Of a DNA stretch of 46,694 nucleotides, positions 17,108 to 26,300 are shown one piece after another; position 1 is the first letter of the stretch, and the number at the start of each line of letters is the position of its first letter. The translations under genes and the position numbers were made by a program. The notes below the pieces were generated by a model, which was not told the DNA's origin, made no database searches, and was given only the letters and a program-made list of their open reading frames with translations. Source of the DNA: a virus (Duplodnaviria > Caudoviricetes); IMG/VR virus record IMGVR_UViG_3300037424_000783, positions 1 to 46,694 of that record; one strand, 5' to 3'.

Positions 17108-18324
17108 GAATAATTAGTTTAGAAGCTGAAAATGTAAAATGTCTTAAGGCTATTTCCATTAAGTTCGATGAAGCCGTATTGGTGATAGGTGGTGACAACG
17201 AGCAAGGAAAATCTACTATTCTAGATTGTATAGAATATGCCATGTGCGGTTCAAAGAAAATCCCGCCGAAGCCTATTCGTAATGGTCAAGATAAGGCAAG
17301 AATAGTTTTAGAATTAGATGATATAATTGTTACTCGAACATTTACTAAAAATGGTACAAATCTTGTGGTTAAAAATAAAGATGGGGCAACATTTCCTAGT
17401 CCACAGGCTTTATTAGATAAACTTATCGGCAATTTATCTTTCGACCCGTTGGCGTTTTCTAAAATGGATTCGAAGAAACAAATAGAGACACTAAAAAAGA
17501 TTACTGGTTTAGATTTTGATTCTCTAAATAAAGACTATAAAAAGTTTTTTGATGAAAGAACAGAAGTAAATAGGAGGGGGAAAGAATTAAAAGCACAGTC
17601 TGATGCCATTACATACCATAAAGATTTGCAAGACAAGGAAGTGTCTGTGTCTGATCTGTCTAAAGAATTAACTGATGCGTTGGAGCAGAATCAAAAAATT
17701 GATGAATTAGAAAAAGATATTACCAGCAAGACAATTAGGATCAAAGAAATAGAAACTTTAATAAAATCTCTTGAAGAAGAAAAATCTAATCTGCGAAAAG
17801 AATTAAAGTCAGATAATGAAAAGCTAGAATCTTTCGACGTTTGCGATATCAATATTATTAAAAATAAACTGTCCTCAATAGAGGATACAAATAAAAAAAT
17901 AAGAGAAAATCAAAAGAAGAATGCATTAGAAAAAGAATTAGAAAAACTTAGAGAAAAGTCCCAATCATTATCTGAAAAGTTAATAACCGTAAACGAAACC
18001 AAAAAAGAACTTCTATCTAATGCTAAGTTCCCGGTAGAAGGCTTGTCTTTTGAAGAAGTTGGGGATGAAACCATTTTAACTTTTGAAGGCTTGCCGTTCA
18101 GTCAGTGTTCTACTGCGAGACAAATAAGGATATCTGTTGGTATGGGATTAGCATTGAATCCAAGCCTTAAGCTATTATTTATTAGGGAGGGTTCCTTGTT
18201 AGATCCTAGTAACCTTAAAATAATATCTGATATGGCAGAAGAAGCAAAAGCACAAATTTTAATAGAAAGAGTTTCACAAGGTAAAGAATGTTCTATCGTA
18301 ATAGAGGACGGCGAACTTGTTTAA
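17104..18324 (+). CDS. SMC/Rad50(SbcC)-like coiled-coil ATPase
   Basis: AENVK; Walker A GDNEQGKS; central coiled coil; degenerate signature STARQ and IREGSLLD. Confidence 0.85.
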   Translation: MRIISLEAENVKCLKAISIKFDEAVLVIGGDNEQGKSTILDCIEYAMCGSKKIPPKPIRNGQDKARIVLELDDIIVTRTFTKNGTNLVVKNKDGATFPSPQALLDKLIGNLSFDPLAFSKMDSKKQIETLKKITGLDFDSLNKDYKKFFDERTEVNRRGKELKAQSDAITYHKDLQDKEVSVSDLSKELTDALEQNQKIDELEKDITSKTIRIKEIETLIKSLEEEKSNLRKELKSDNEKLESFDVCDINIIKNKLSSIEDTNKKIRENQKKNALEKELEKLREKSQSLSEKLITVNETKKELLSNAKFPVEGLSFEEVGDETILTFEGLPFSQCSTARQIRISVGMGLALNPSLKLLFIREGSLLDPSNLKIISDMAEEAKAQILIERVSQGKECSIVIEDGELV

Positions 18325-18796
18325 AGAAATTTATAAAGATACAAGATGGATTTTTACAATGATATTTCCATTTTTAGAAAGAAATTACGATCTATATTTG
18401 GCTGGTGCAATGTCTGGTGTGATACTACATAATTACCCCACGTTCATACATTATGCAAATGAATTAAGAAAATTGGGATATTCTGTATGGAATCCAGCGG
18501 AATTTAATAATGTAGAAAAATCTCCACAAAAATGTATGAAAGATGATATTAATGCTATAATCAATAAATGTGACAACATAGCTATCTTGCCCGGAAATAG
18601 ATGGAGATCATCTATAGGTGTTAACACAGAAATAAACATTGCGCATGTATGCGGAAAAAAAGTTTTTCAGATTATAGACAGGGATGGTGTTATTAGTTTA
18701 AAAAGATTTTACACAAGAGATATTAGATCATATTGTTATACAAAAGACAGATACAGGAATGATTCTATATATTCTTCTTTCTTGAATCCCAAATAA
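18317..18796 (+). CDS. DUF4406 / nucleoside 2-deoxyribosyltransferase-like protein
   Basis: YLAGAMSG...VWNPA...CDNIAILP..W..S.G...E. Confidence 0.75.
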   Translation: MFKEIYKDTRWIFTMIFPFLERNYDLYLAGAMSGVILHNYPTFIHYANELRKLGYSVWNPAEFNNVEKSPQKCMKDDINAIINKCDNIAILPGNRWRSSIGVNTEINIAHVCGKKVFQIIDRDGVISLKRFYTRDIRSYCYTKDRYRNDSIYSSFLNPK

Positions 18797-19349
18797 TTTT
18801 AAAATTTTTAGAATTTACTATGTCGTCTGCAACAATAATATTTTTTCCAAATCTTTTTTTAGGTGTTATAAGTTTTGGATAACAACAAAAAATTAATTCG
18901 GTACAACTTACTTTGTTGGAATCATTAAAATCGAATAAAAAATCATATTCCATATTGACAATTGATTTTGCTAATTTAATTGCCCTTTCTTTATGCTTTT
19001 CGTGAGGTCGAAGAACAATCATAACATCGGTACGCATAAAATTAATAATATCTTCTATTATAACCCCTTCTGATACGGCATGAATAACTAACTCGCCTTC
19101 TCCCCCAAAAAAGAATCCGGCGTGTGTAAAATATCCTGGAATGAAATATTTGTCTATATATTGTTCAGATCTAGATAATAGTACGTCACCGGCTTTTATT
19201 ATTTTTGCTACCTGTCTATAATCTTCTCCCTTTAATTTGTATCCAGGAGCATTGATGATAAACCAGAAAGGTTTTTTTATACCGAAAAATTTAAGATCAC
19301 CGACGAATGTAACAAATCTAGACCATATTTTATAAAATGATTTTATCAC
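18765..19349 (-). CDS. Permuted NlpC/P60 (YiiX/YebB-like) papain-fold enzyme
   Basis: GDVLL...GYFTHAG...HAVSEGV...YDF...SCTEL (His before Cys). Confidence 0.85.
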   Translation of the reverse strand: MIKSFYKIWSRFVTFVGDLKFFGIKKPFWFIINAPGYKLKGEDYRQVAKIIKAGDVLLSRSEQYIDKYFIPGYFTHAGFFFGGEGELVIHAVSEGVIIEDIINFMRTDVMIVLRPHEKHKERAIKLAKSIVNMEYDFLFDFNDSNKVSCTELIFCCYPKLITPKKRFGKNIIVADDIVNSKNFKIIWDSRKKNI

Positions 19350-19675
19350 ATATTATTAATACACTTTTTTATCTTGTTTATTTGCAATAAATTATATTCA
19401 CAATATAATTCATATAAACTTTCGAAATCTAATTCGAAATCATCATTAAAAGGAATGAGTTTATCCTTAAAATTTGGATTATTTTCTATAATCTTATTTC
19501 TTATTATTGAAATACATTTTATTGCATCAAAATCTAAAGATATTGGTTTTTCTGGTGGTTGAACATGTCTTTTTTGGGCAAGTTCACATTGTTTGTGATA
19601 TACTAATTGTATGGCAGAATCGTGTATAAGCGAGTTCCATTTTTTTAATAAAAATATAGATAATTGTTTATTCAA
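19346..19675 (-). CDS. Hypothetical protein
   Basis: Overlapping start/stop in operon. Confidence 0.6.
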   Translation of the reverse strand: MNKQLSIFLLKKWNSLIHDSAIQLVYHKQCELAQKRHVQPPEKPISLDFDAIKCISIIRNKIIENNPNFKDKLIPFNDDFELDFESLYELYCEYNLLQINKIKKCINNM

Positions 19676-19934
19676 ACTTTTTCCTCATTGAAGAAACTAT
19701 TTCTTTTGCTGATTCTGTTGCTAGTTCGCATAAATTTTCTTGAAATTTTAAAATTATATCAGAAGAATATTTTCTTCTAACATTAAATGGTCTTTTGTCT
19801 ATTGGATTTTCAACGCTTACATTTACGTATAGAAAATATTTTTCATATTTAAAATTCACAGACCATTCTTTAGGAATATTAACCCATAAAAAATTTAAGA
19901 ATGTATTGACTTGATCTGGTAAAGTTTTTTTCAT
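19668..19934 (-). CDS. Hypothetical protein
   Basis: GTGTATAA 6 nt before ATG. Confidence 0.65.
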   Translation of the reverse strand: MKKTLPDQVNTFLNFLWVNIPKEWSVNFKYEKYFLYVNVSVENPIDKRPFNVRRKYSSDIILKFQENLCELATESAKEIVSSMRKKFE

Positions 19935-19940
19935 AATAAT

Positions 19941-20384
19941 TTATACACTATTTGGATTAAATAAAGTAGCATTACATTCGACGTTTTTTAGTTTTTCTAT
20001 AATAGTATACTTAACCCTGTTCCAGTCTAATCCGCCATTTCCACAACCCAATGGTGGAATTCCTATTGTTTTATTTGGATTCTTGTGTAGATAAGCAGAA
20101 AGTTCGTTCAATCCATGTTCTATATATGAATATTTTGACGGATTACGCCAATGGTCTTTCGTTGCAAAATTTATAATCCATTCATCATTATGTTTCCAAA
20201 TCCATATGTCGCCCGGACAAAGTTCTTTTCGAAGGCATACCTTTCTATATTCACGAAACATTTTTGGATAACGTTTTTTGAATTCTAGGGCTATCCCCTT
20301 TCCCATTATTCCATAACAGTTAACGGTATTGACTATTATATCAAATTTGTAATCAAACAGATTTCCATCTACAAAAGAAATCAT
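19941..20384 (-). CDS. Macrodomain ADP-ribosylhydrolase (DarG/TARG1-like)
   Basis: IVNTVNCYGIMGKGIALEFK...INFATKDHW...PPLGCGNGGLDW. Confidence 0.9.
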   Translation of the reverse strand: MISFVDGNLFDYKFDIIVNTVNCYGIMGKGIALEFKKRYPKMFREYRKVCLRKELCPGDIWIWKHNDEWIINFATKDHWRNPSKYSYIEHGLNELSAYLHKNPNKTIGIPPLGCGNGGLDWNRVKYTIIEKLKNVECNATLFNPNSV

Positions 20385-20929
20385 TAACGATTATCTCCCG
20401 AACCGCTAAGAACATTTCTATTTTTTCTGTCTAGAAGTTTAGCTATATTAGTATCTAGAACCTGCTCTATATTTATATTCATTTTACCAAGGAATCTTTT
20501 AAGTTCTTCTATCAATCCATAAATATCATGATTTATAAAACCCATTGTATAGATATCGTTGCCACGTATTATTTCTCTGCAATGCGAAACTACATTATTT
20601 ATAGAGTTGTGTAGAAGCAACATAGAATCATATATTCCATAATTATCTATAATAAAATTAAGACTATCAAAATTATTACACTGTAATTCTATTTTTAATT
20701 CACTACATATTGTGCTTATATACCAAAAAATATCTCCAGCTTCTTTTATAATATCATTTCTTTTTGTCTCTGTAATCTGATAATTATCATCTCTTATTGC
20801 TTTTTTTAGTTTCTCTGAAAGTTCCCCGAATTCTCCAATTAATCCTAGAGTTGGATATGTTAAATTTTCACCAATATTTGGATATACGGCAGTGCTTCTT
20901 GCCGCCCTTTGGTATTCTTTTATGTTCAT
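20384..20929 (-). CDS. MazG-like nucleotide pyrophosphohydrolase
   Basis: GLIGEFGELSEK...EAGDIFWY...NIAKL..R...GSGDNR, with an internal insertion. Confidence 0.85.
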   Translation of the reverse strand: MNIKEYQRAARSTAVYPNIGENLTYPTLGLIGEFGELSEKLKKAIRDDNYQITETKRNDIIKEAGDIFWYISTICSELKIELQCNNFDSLNFIIDNYGIYDSMLLLHNSINNVVSHCREIIRGNDIYTMGFINHDIYGLIEELKRFLGKMNINIEQVLDTNIAKLLDRKNRNVLSGSGDNR

Positions 20930-20932
20930 AAT

Positions 20933-21550
20933 TTATTCCTTTATATATTTCATAATATCATCTAAAACTTCATCTGCCAAACCTATATTGACCACTTCTT
21001 TCGCTGTATATATTTTATCTATAGTACAAAGTTTCTCTATTTGGGAAGTAGTTATTTTGGGATTTTTGATTTTCATTTTTTCTTTATATATGTTATACAT
21101 TGTCAACCTATCCATTTCAGATCTTTTTGCCCACACCTCAACGTTTTTAGCGTGACCAGAAAGATTTGTTGATCCATCATGTATAACAAACTCGCAATTT
21201 TGTGATATGACTCTTAAATCTGCTGCTTGTATTATTATAGATGCCATACTTGAACAATTACCAACAGCTATTATAGTTATATAGCATTTTGATGATTTTA
21301 TTGTATCGAATATAGCCATCCCATGAGACCATTCCCCACCTATATTATTCATTATTATGATTATCGGTTGTTCTGATATAGAATTAAGATATGTTATACT
21401 TTTTATTATTTTTTCTGCCATAGAAAAATCTGTACCAGATTCACTACCATCTTCTTCTTCGAATAATGAACCCATATAGACGATTCTTTTTGGAACGAAT
21501 ACTCCGTAATCAAAGTATCTGTCTAAATCATCTTTAGAATAACGCGGCAT
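20933..21550 (-). CDS. ClpP-like protease
   Basis: NNIGG...GMAIFD...CSSMASII...IHDG...AKEVVNIGLADEV. Confidence 0.85.
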   Translation of the reverse strand: MPRYSKDDLDRYFDYGVFVPKRIVYMGSLFEEEDGSESGTDFSMAEKIIKSITYLNSISEQPIIIIMNNIGGEWSHGMAIFDTIKSSKCYITIIAVGNCSSMASIIIQAADLRVISQNCEFVIHDGSTNLSGHAKNVEVWAKRSEMDRLTMYNIYKEKMKIKNPKITTSQIEKLCTIDKIYTAKEVVNIGLADEVLDDIMKYIKE

Positions 21551-21552
21551 AT

Positions 21553-22572
21553 CTAAATCCCATTAAAATACAATATATCTGATAGTATTTGTTCTTTATG
21601 GTTGAATGTGTAATCGCCAAACTTTATTCCGTGATTATTTAGGAAATTTTTTATCATATTGTTTATTTTAACTGCCTCATTCTTTGTATTATATCTTATG
21701 CCATTTTCTTTATACCTCATAAGATTTAAAAAGAATATTTGTTGATATTTACACAATCCTTCCAAGCTTCTTTTATAAAGCTTGCTTAATAATATATTCT
21801 TGTCATTAATATCTATATTTTCGGATATCAATAGACCGTAGACATACGAAAGAAATGTTGGCGAATCGGAAATCACCATATTGCATTTACTTAAAGAATT
21901 GTTCTCTCTTGTGTTTTGACATTCCCATATCATGTACTGATCATTTATGTTTGGTATTTTATCATACTTCTGTATAAATGAGGTAGCATATTCTATTGGA
22001 CAAAAAGCCCGACCGCCGAATTCTGTGTTTATTTTGTTTGTTATCCACTGTGCCGTACTGGTTTTGCCGCTAGAAGGAGCACCACAAATAGCTATTTTTC
22101 TTTTGAAATAATCCCAAGCTGATAATGGACAAGTTATAAATTTCCCGTGCAAATCTGAAATAAAATTTTCTAATCGCGGTGGATCATTACCATTTAAAGA
22201 CTCTATCTCTAAAATTAAAATTCTCATTGGTTCAGAAATTATATCCAATGTAATTATATAATCATTTGGTTCAATATGCAAGATTTGTCGTTTTTTGATA
22301 ATTTTAAGACTTGATTTTTCTTTAAGGAGATTAAACCAATTTTCGCCTATGTCTTGATTCTCTTCTTTCCTTCCTTCTTCTTTTTTCCCATCTGACTTAT
22401 GCTCCATGCAAAGTTTGCCATTCTTTTTTCTTATTCTAATATTTTTATTGAGATAATAATCTTCTATAACATCTGTTTCTACGGGGGTTGAGGAATAGTA
22501 TGGAAAAAGTTTTGTTATTTTAACAATGTCTTTGAATCTAAATATATAACTTCTTTCTTTTTCTATAAACAT
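21553..22572 (-). CDS. CYTH domain fused to NadR-type (AAA_28) P-loop kinase
   Basis: N-terminal ExE (EKER), IRIR, IIKKR, ITLD, LEIE; C-terminal GAPSSGKTS, EYAT, ISDS. Confidence 0.75.
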   Translation of the reverse strand: MFIEKERSYIFRFKDIVKITKLFPYYSSTPVETDVIEDYYLNKNIRIRKKNGKLCMEHKSDGKKEEGRKEENQDIGENWFNLLKEKSSLKIIKKRQILHIEPNDYIITLDIISEPMRILILEIESLNGNDPPRLENFISDLHGKFITCPLSAWDYFKRKIAICGAPSSGKTSTAQWITNKINTEFGGRAFCPIEYATSFIQKYDKIPNINDQYMIWECQNTRENNSLSKCNMVISDSPTFLSYVYGLLISENIDINDKNILLSKLYKRSLEGLCKYQQIFFLNLMRYKENGIRYNTKNEAVKINNMIKNFLNNHGIKFGDYTFNHKEQILSDILYFNGI

Positions 22573-22784
22573 TTTATTTCTTTTAAAAAAAGAGAGAGGT
22601 CGCACCATTCACATCTTATATTTTTATTGGAATCACACATTGGACAAATCCATTTAAAATTATTTGTAAGAAAATATATATTTAAAATTCTATATATACA
22701 ATCTTCACACACATATAACCGTCCACAAATTGTCTTTCCTGAATTGTCAGTCTTATTAGAGAGACATGCCACGCAATTCTGCAT
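22563..22784 (-). CDS. Double Zn-finger microprotein
   Basis: CVAC, CEDC, CPMC, CEWC. Confidence 0.65.
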   Translation of the reverse strand: MQNCVACLSNKTDNSGKTICGRLYVCEDCIYRILNIYFLTNNFKWICPMCDSNKNIRCEWCDLSLFLKEIKCL

Positions 22785-23118
22785 TTATAATCTTTCTTAA
22801 TTTTTCAACAACCAACATATAATGATTATGATATAATTCTATATAATCTTTAACATTCCATTCTTCATCTAGAATGGGGGGTTCGCTTGATATTAATTCT
22901 GTCAAATCTGGTCTTAAATAATATAATTTATTCTGAATTTCTTTTTGTCTTTTTTCTGACACATAATCAAATATTATTTTTTTACCATCGTTAGAAAAAA
23001 TACGAGAGTCAAGACCATTTTTCATTTTAGAAGCATTTTTTATACTGTCACGAGCGCATGTTTTGATTATCTCTATCCAAGAATCAATCAACAATTGTAC
23101 TTCTTCAAAATTATTCAT
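22756..23118 (-). CDS. Hypothetical protein
   Basis: Overlaps both neighbours. Confidence 0.65.
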   Translation of the reverse strand: MNNFEEVQLLIDSWIEIIKTCARDSIKNASKMKNGLDSRIFSNDGKKIIFDYVSEKRQKEIQNKLYYLRPDLTELISSEPPILDEEWNVKDYIELYHNHYMLVVEKLRKIINAELRGMSL

Positions 23119-23803
23119 GTATTATTTCCCTTATTTTTTCTATATAATATTTGCTACAATCTATACCAATACAATTCCTTTTTAATTTTTTGCAAACTAT
23201 AGCCGTAGTACCACTTCCTACGAAGGGATCTAAAATTGAATCCCCAACCTTACTATGCCCCAATATTATACGTTCCAAAAGTGCTTCCGGATGCTGGGTG
23301 CAATGAAATTTTCTTTTTTCTTTGAACGTTCCGCATATCCTTGGGAAATCCCAAACATTATCGGGCATTTTACCACCCGTAGCTGCTCTTTTATCCCCAT
23401 ACTTTTCTTGTCTTGCGCTCGGTACTTTAATATTTTCAGGATAAATTATATCTCTGTTTAACCAATATATTGGTCTGATAGAAGGGGTATATCTTGTTTT
23501 ATTAGATTGACCAAATGTGTATCTCCAATAAAGTCTTTGTATTAAATTTACTTCTTCTTCTGATACTAAATTTTCAATAATTGGAGTCCATTTAGTTGCA
23601 AAACTTATGAAAACTGGACCGTCACACATAGTACAGGATTTTAATATCCAGTGCTTTAGTAGTGTTATGTAAACATCATTCTTTAAATTGTCATTATAAT
23701 TTTCGTATTTTCTTCCTTCATTATCCGGTGGATCAAGGAATATTAAATCGAATCTTTGATGTGTGATATATTCTTCAAATTTTCCAGCTATAAGATTAAT
23801 CAA
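23111..23803 (-). CDS. Orphan N6-A/N4-C DNA methyltransferase (beta class) with DPPD motif
   Basis: LIFLDPPD near N-terminus; HCTQHP; ILDPFVGSGTT near C-terminus. Confidence 0.85.
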   Translation of the reverse strand: MINLIAGKFEEYITHQRFDLIFLDPPDNEGRKYENYNDNLKNDVYITLLKHWILKSCTMCDGPVFISFATKWTPIIENLVSEEEVNLIQRLYWRYTFGQSNKTRYTPSIRPIYWLNRDIIYPENIKVPSARQEKYGDKRAATGGKMPDNVWDFPRICGTFKEKRKFHCTQHPEALLERIILGHSKVGDSILDPFVGSGTTAIVCKKLKRNCIGIDCSKYYIEKIREIIHE

Positions 23804-24128
23804 GTATTATTTTCCTTTTTAAATTTTTACTTTTAATTTCGTGATTATCTCCGCTAGGATTTAAAATTCTTTTTTCTAGTTCATCTATTGGTTTTTGATT
23901 TTTACCTGTTAGCTGTCTTTTGCTTATACTTTTAAAATATTCTAGTCCATGCGGATATATGCATCCAGAATACTTAGATTCAAAGAATATTAACGCCAAT
24001 TCTGCCTTTTGTTTGGTCTTATAATCTCCCATTACAAATTTTTCATTTGTGCCACAATCTGTAAAAATTATAGAATATGGCTGATAATATGGGAGTGAAT
24101 TTTTTATTATTTCTAATGTGTTTCCCAT
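23796..24128 (-). CDS. Hypothetical protein
   Basis: First gene of the leftward operon; AGATATAA 6 nt before ATG. Confidence 0.6.
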   Translation of the reverse strand: MGNTLEIIKNSLPYYQPYSIIFTDCGTNEKFVMGDYKTKQKAELALIFFESKYSGCIYPHGLEYFKSISKRQLTGKNQKPIDELEKRILNPSGDNHEIKSKNLKRKIILD

Positions 24129-24227
24129 ACAATATTATATCTATTTTACAATTTTTTGTTTTTTAAAAGAAAATAAATATATCTATTCGTTATAATAAGT
24201 TATGGGACTTAGTGTATAAGTTTTTAT

Positions 24228-24407
24228 ATGAACGTTAAATTTGGATTGAAAATTAAAGAAACCGCAAAACTTTGCGCTAAGGCTATAAAGGATATTGTTG
24301 TCCAAGATCCAAAAGAGGAAGATGCTATTGATAAAATAATAGCCGAGGCTGAAAATAATGGAAGTAACACAAGAATTAATAAACAAAGCAACCCCGATAA
24401 TAAATAA
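24228..24407 (+). CDS. 59-aa hypothetical protein (not in ORF track)
   Basis: MNVKFGLKIKETAK...; GTGTATAA 8 nt before ATG. Confidence 0.45.
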   Translation: MNVKFGLKIKETAKLCAKAIKDIVVQDPKEEDAIDKIIAEAENNGSNTRINKQSNPDNK

Positions 24408-24909
24408 AATAGCGAAACAACGAAAAGACAAATATGCATTTGCCTATTTTGATTCTAAAGATATATTTCAAGAAATATGGTTAATGTGTTTAGATGCGCT
24501 TAAAAGATATAGGCCAGAATTTGGTGAATTAGAAAACTTTTTAAACAAACACGTTTCGCACAGAATAAGAAATTTAAAAAGAGATAAATATTTCAGGCCA
24601 GAGAAAGACCCAAATTTATCATCAAGAACTATGAATAGAATAAATATTATTAATGCTATTCCTATGGGCCATAATGACATACAAAACGTATCGAATATAT
24701 CATCAAATCGTCTTTCTGAAAAAAATCCATTAGATTATTGCATATCTAAAGAATTAGAAGAATATATTTTAAACAATATTCCGAAAGAAATGATTTCGCA
24801 TTTTATATTGTTATTAAGTGGTGAAAAAATAAAGAAAAGAATATTAGCTTCCTTAAGAGAAAAAATCTTAATTATAGTTGAGAAATATAATGCATCCCAA
24901 AATCAGTAA
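24358..24909 (+). CDS. Phage sigma-factor-like protein
   Basis: Region-2-like DIFQEIWL..LDALKRY.P...LENFL...IRN; heads the late module. Confidence 0.7.
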   Translation: MEVTQELINKATPIINKIAKQRKDKYAFAYFDSKDIFQEIWLMCLDALKRYRPEFGELENFLNKHVSHRIRNLKRDKYFRPEKDPNLSSRTMNRINIINAIPMGHNDIQNVSNISSNRLSEKNPLDYCISKELEEYILNNIPKEMISHFILLLSGEKIKKRILASLREKILIIVEKYNASQNQ

Positions 24910-25801
24910 ACAACTGCCCAAAAATCCAGAAGCGATTAAGATATTAAAAGATATGTCTGATCAAGGATTTACTTCTGAAAAAATAAGAGATAGGCTAGAA
25001 CAAGAATTTGGACATAAGTGGAGTATCGAAACAATAAGAAGGTGCAGGGCTAAATTAATACCAAATAAATCTAATAATATAATTCCAATAAAAGAAAATA
25101 CCAATCCCACCCTATCAACACCTCCTCCGGGATTCAATCAAATAGAAAAGGCACAATGGTTTAGAGATCAATTTAAAAAAAGTCATTTATTCAAAAATTT
25201 AAAAAATCAATTTACAATCGAAGAAATAACTGGATATCTAGAAGAATATGGAAATCTTTGCTGTCAATTTGAAGATATTGTTTTTAGTGAATTTTTTCAA
25301 ATAGATGATTTTTTAAAACATAGAATATTAGTTGATAGACAACTTAATTTTATGAGAACATTACAAGAAGAAGTCAATGAATTAAATGAATGGCTTCTTA
25401 ATAACCCAATCAAAGAAGATGAATCTAAAGAAAAAAAACAGGAAAGAGTTTCTTATTTTCAAAAAATAGAGGGTGCAAGAACTGGTTTAAATAGGGCAGC
25501 GGATAGATATGATAAGTTAGTAGCAGAAAGAAATAGAATATCGTCCAATTTGGCCGCTACAAGAAAAGATAGAATAGAAGAATTAAAAGGTGGGAAAGAA
25601 TCATTTTTCAGTTTGGTCGCAACCATACAAGCTTCAGAAGCCGAAAGAGAAAAACAGGGTAAATATGCTGTTTTAACTAAATTAGCTTCTGAAGATATTA
25701 AAGAAGCCTTTAGAAAACCAGTAGAATTAGCTGACGGATCTCGCGAACCACTACTTATGGATGATTCAACATTTTTAAAAGAAGATAGTGAAAATGAGTA
25801 G
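24890..25801 (+). CDS. Putative terminase small subunit (HTH plus coiled coil)
   Basis: N-terminal HTH-like segment (SEKIRDRL...SIETIRR), helical body, two genes upstream of TerL. Confidence 0.5.
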   Translation: MHPKISKQLPKNPEAIKILKDMSDQGFTSEKIRDRLEQEFGHKWSIETIRRCRAKLIPNKSNNIIPIKENTNPTLSTPPPGFNQIEKAQWFRDQFKKSHLFKNLKNQFTIEEITGYLEEYGNLCCQFEDIVFSEFFQIDDFLKHRILVDRQLNFMRTLQEEVNELNEWLLNNPIKEDESKEKKQERVSYFQKIEGARTGLNRAADRYDKLVAERNRISSNLAATRKDRIEELKGGKESFFSLVATIQASEAEREKQGKYAVLTKLASEDIKEAFRKPVELADGSREPLLMDDSTFLKEDSENE

Positions 25802-26300
25802 GATGGTTTTGCCAGAATATTTTGTCATAAGAGATACTAGAGAAAAGATCGGTTTTGGGTGGGATTTTCCCAAACAATTAAATACTAAAAAACCTCCTCG
25901 TTGCAATGGCACATTAATTCAAAAATTAAATACAGGAGATTACAGTATAGTTGGATATGAAGATATACTTTGCATAGAAAGAAAAGATGATTATAGCGAA
26001 ATATGGACTAATTATAGTTCGAGAGTAACTTTCGAAAATGAGATGGAAAGGATGACGGTATTTAAATATAGATATGTTCTTATTGAATCAATACTAACAA
26101 AAGAAACTATGGATTTAAGTCCTTGTCAATTTACTCGTTCTGTTCCGGGAAAAGCGGTTGTTTCTTGGTTGATTTCATTATCAATCAAATACGATGTGCA
26201 TATAGTTCCAGTTGGTTCATGCGGACAACAATATGCGCAACTTATTTTTCAGAATGTAATTAAAAAAGAAAAATCTAGATGGGCCATACAAAATGAATAA
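25794..26300 (+). CDS. ERCC4/XPF-family nuclease
   Basis: IRDTRE...LNTGDYSI...CIERK motif. Confidence 0.85.
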   Translation: MSRMVLPEYFVIRDTREKIGFGWDFPKQLNTKKPPRCNGTLIQKLNTGDYSIVGYEDILCIERKDDYSEIWTNYSSRVTFENEMERMTVFKYRYVLIESILTKETMDLSPCQFTRSVPGKAVVSWLISLSIKYDVHIVPVGSCGQQYAQLIFQNVIKKEKSRWAIQNE

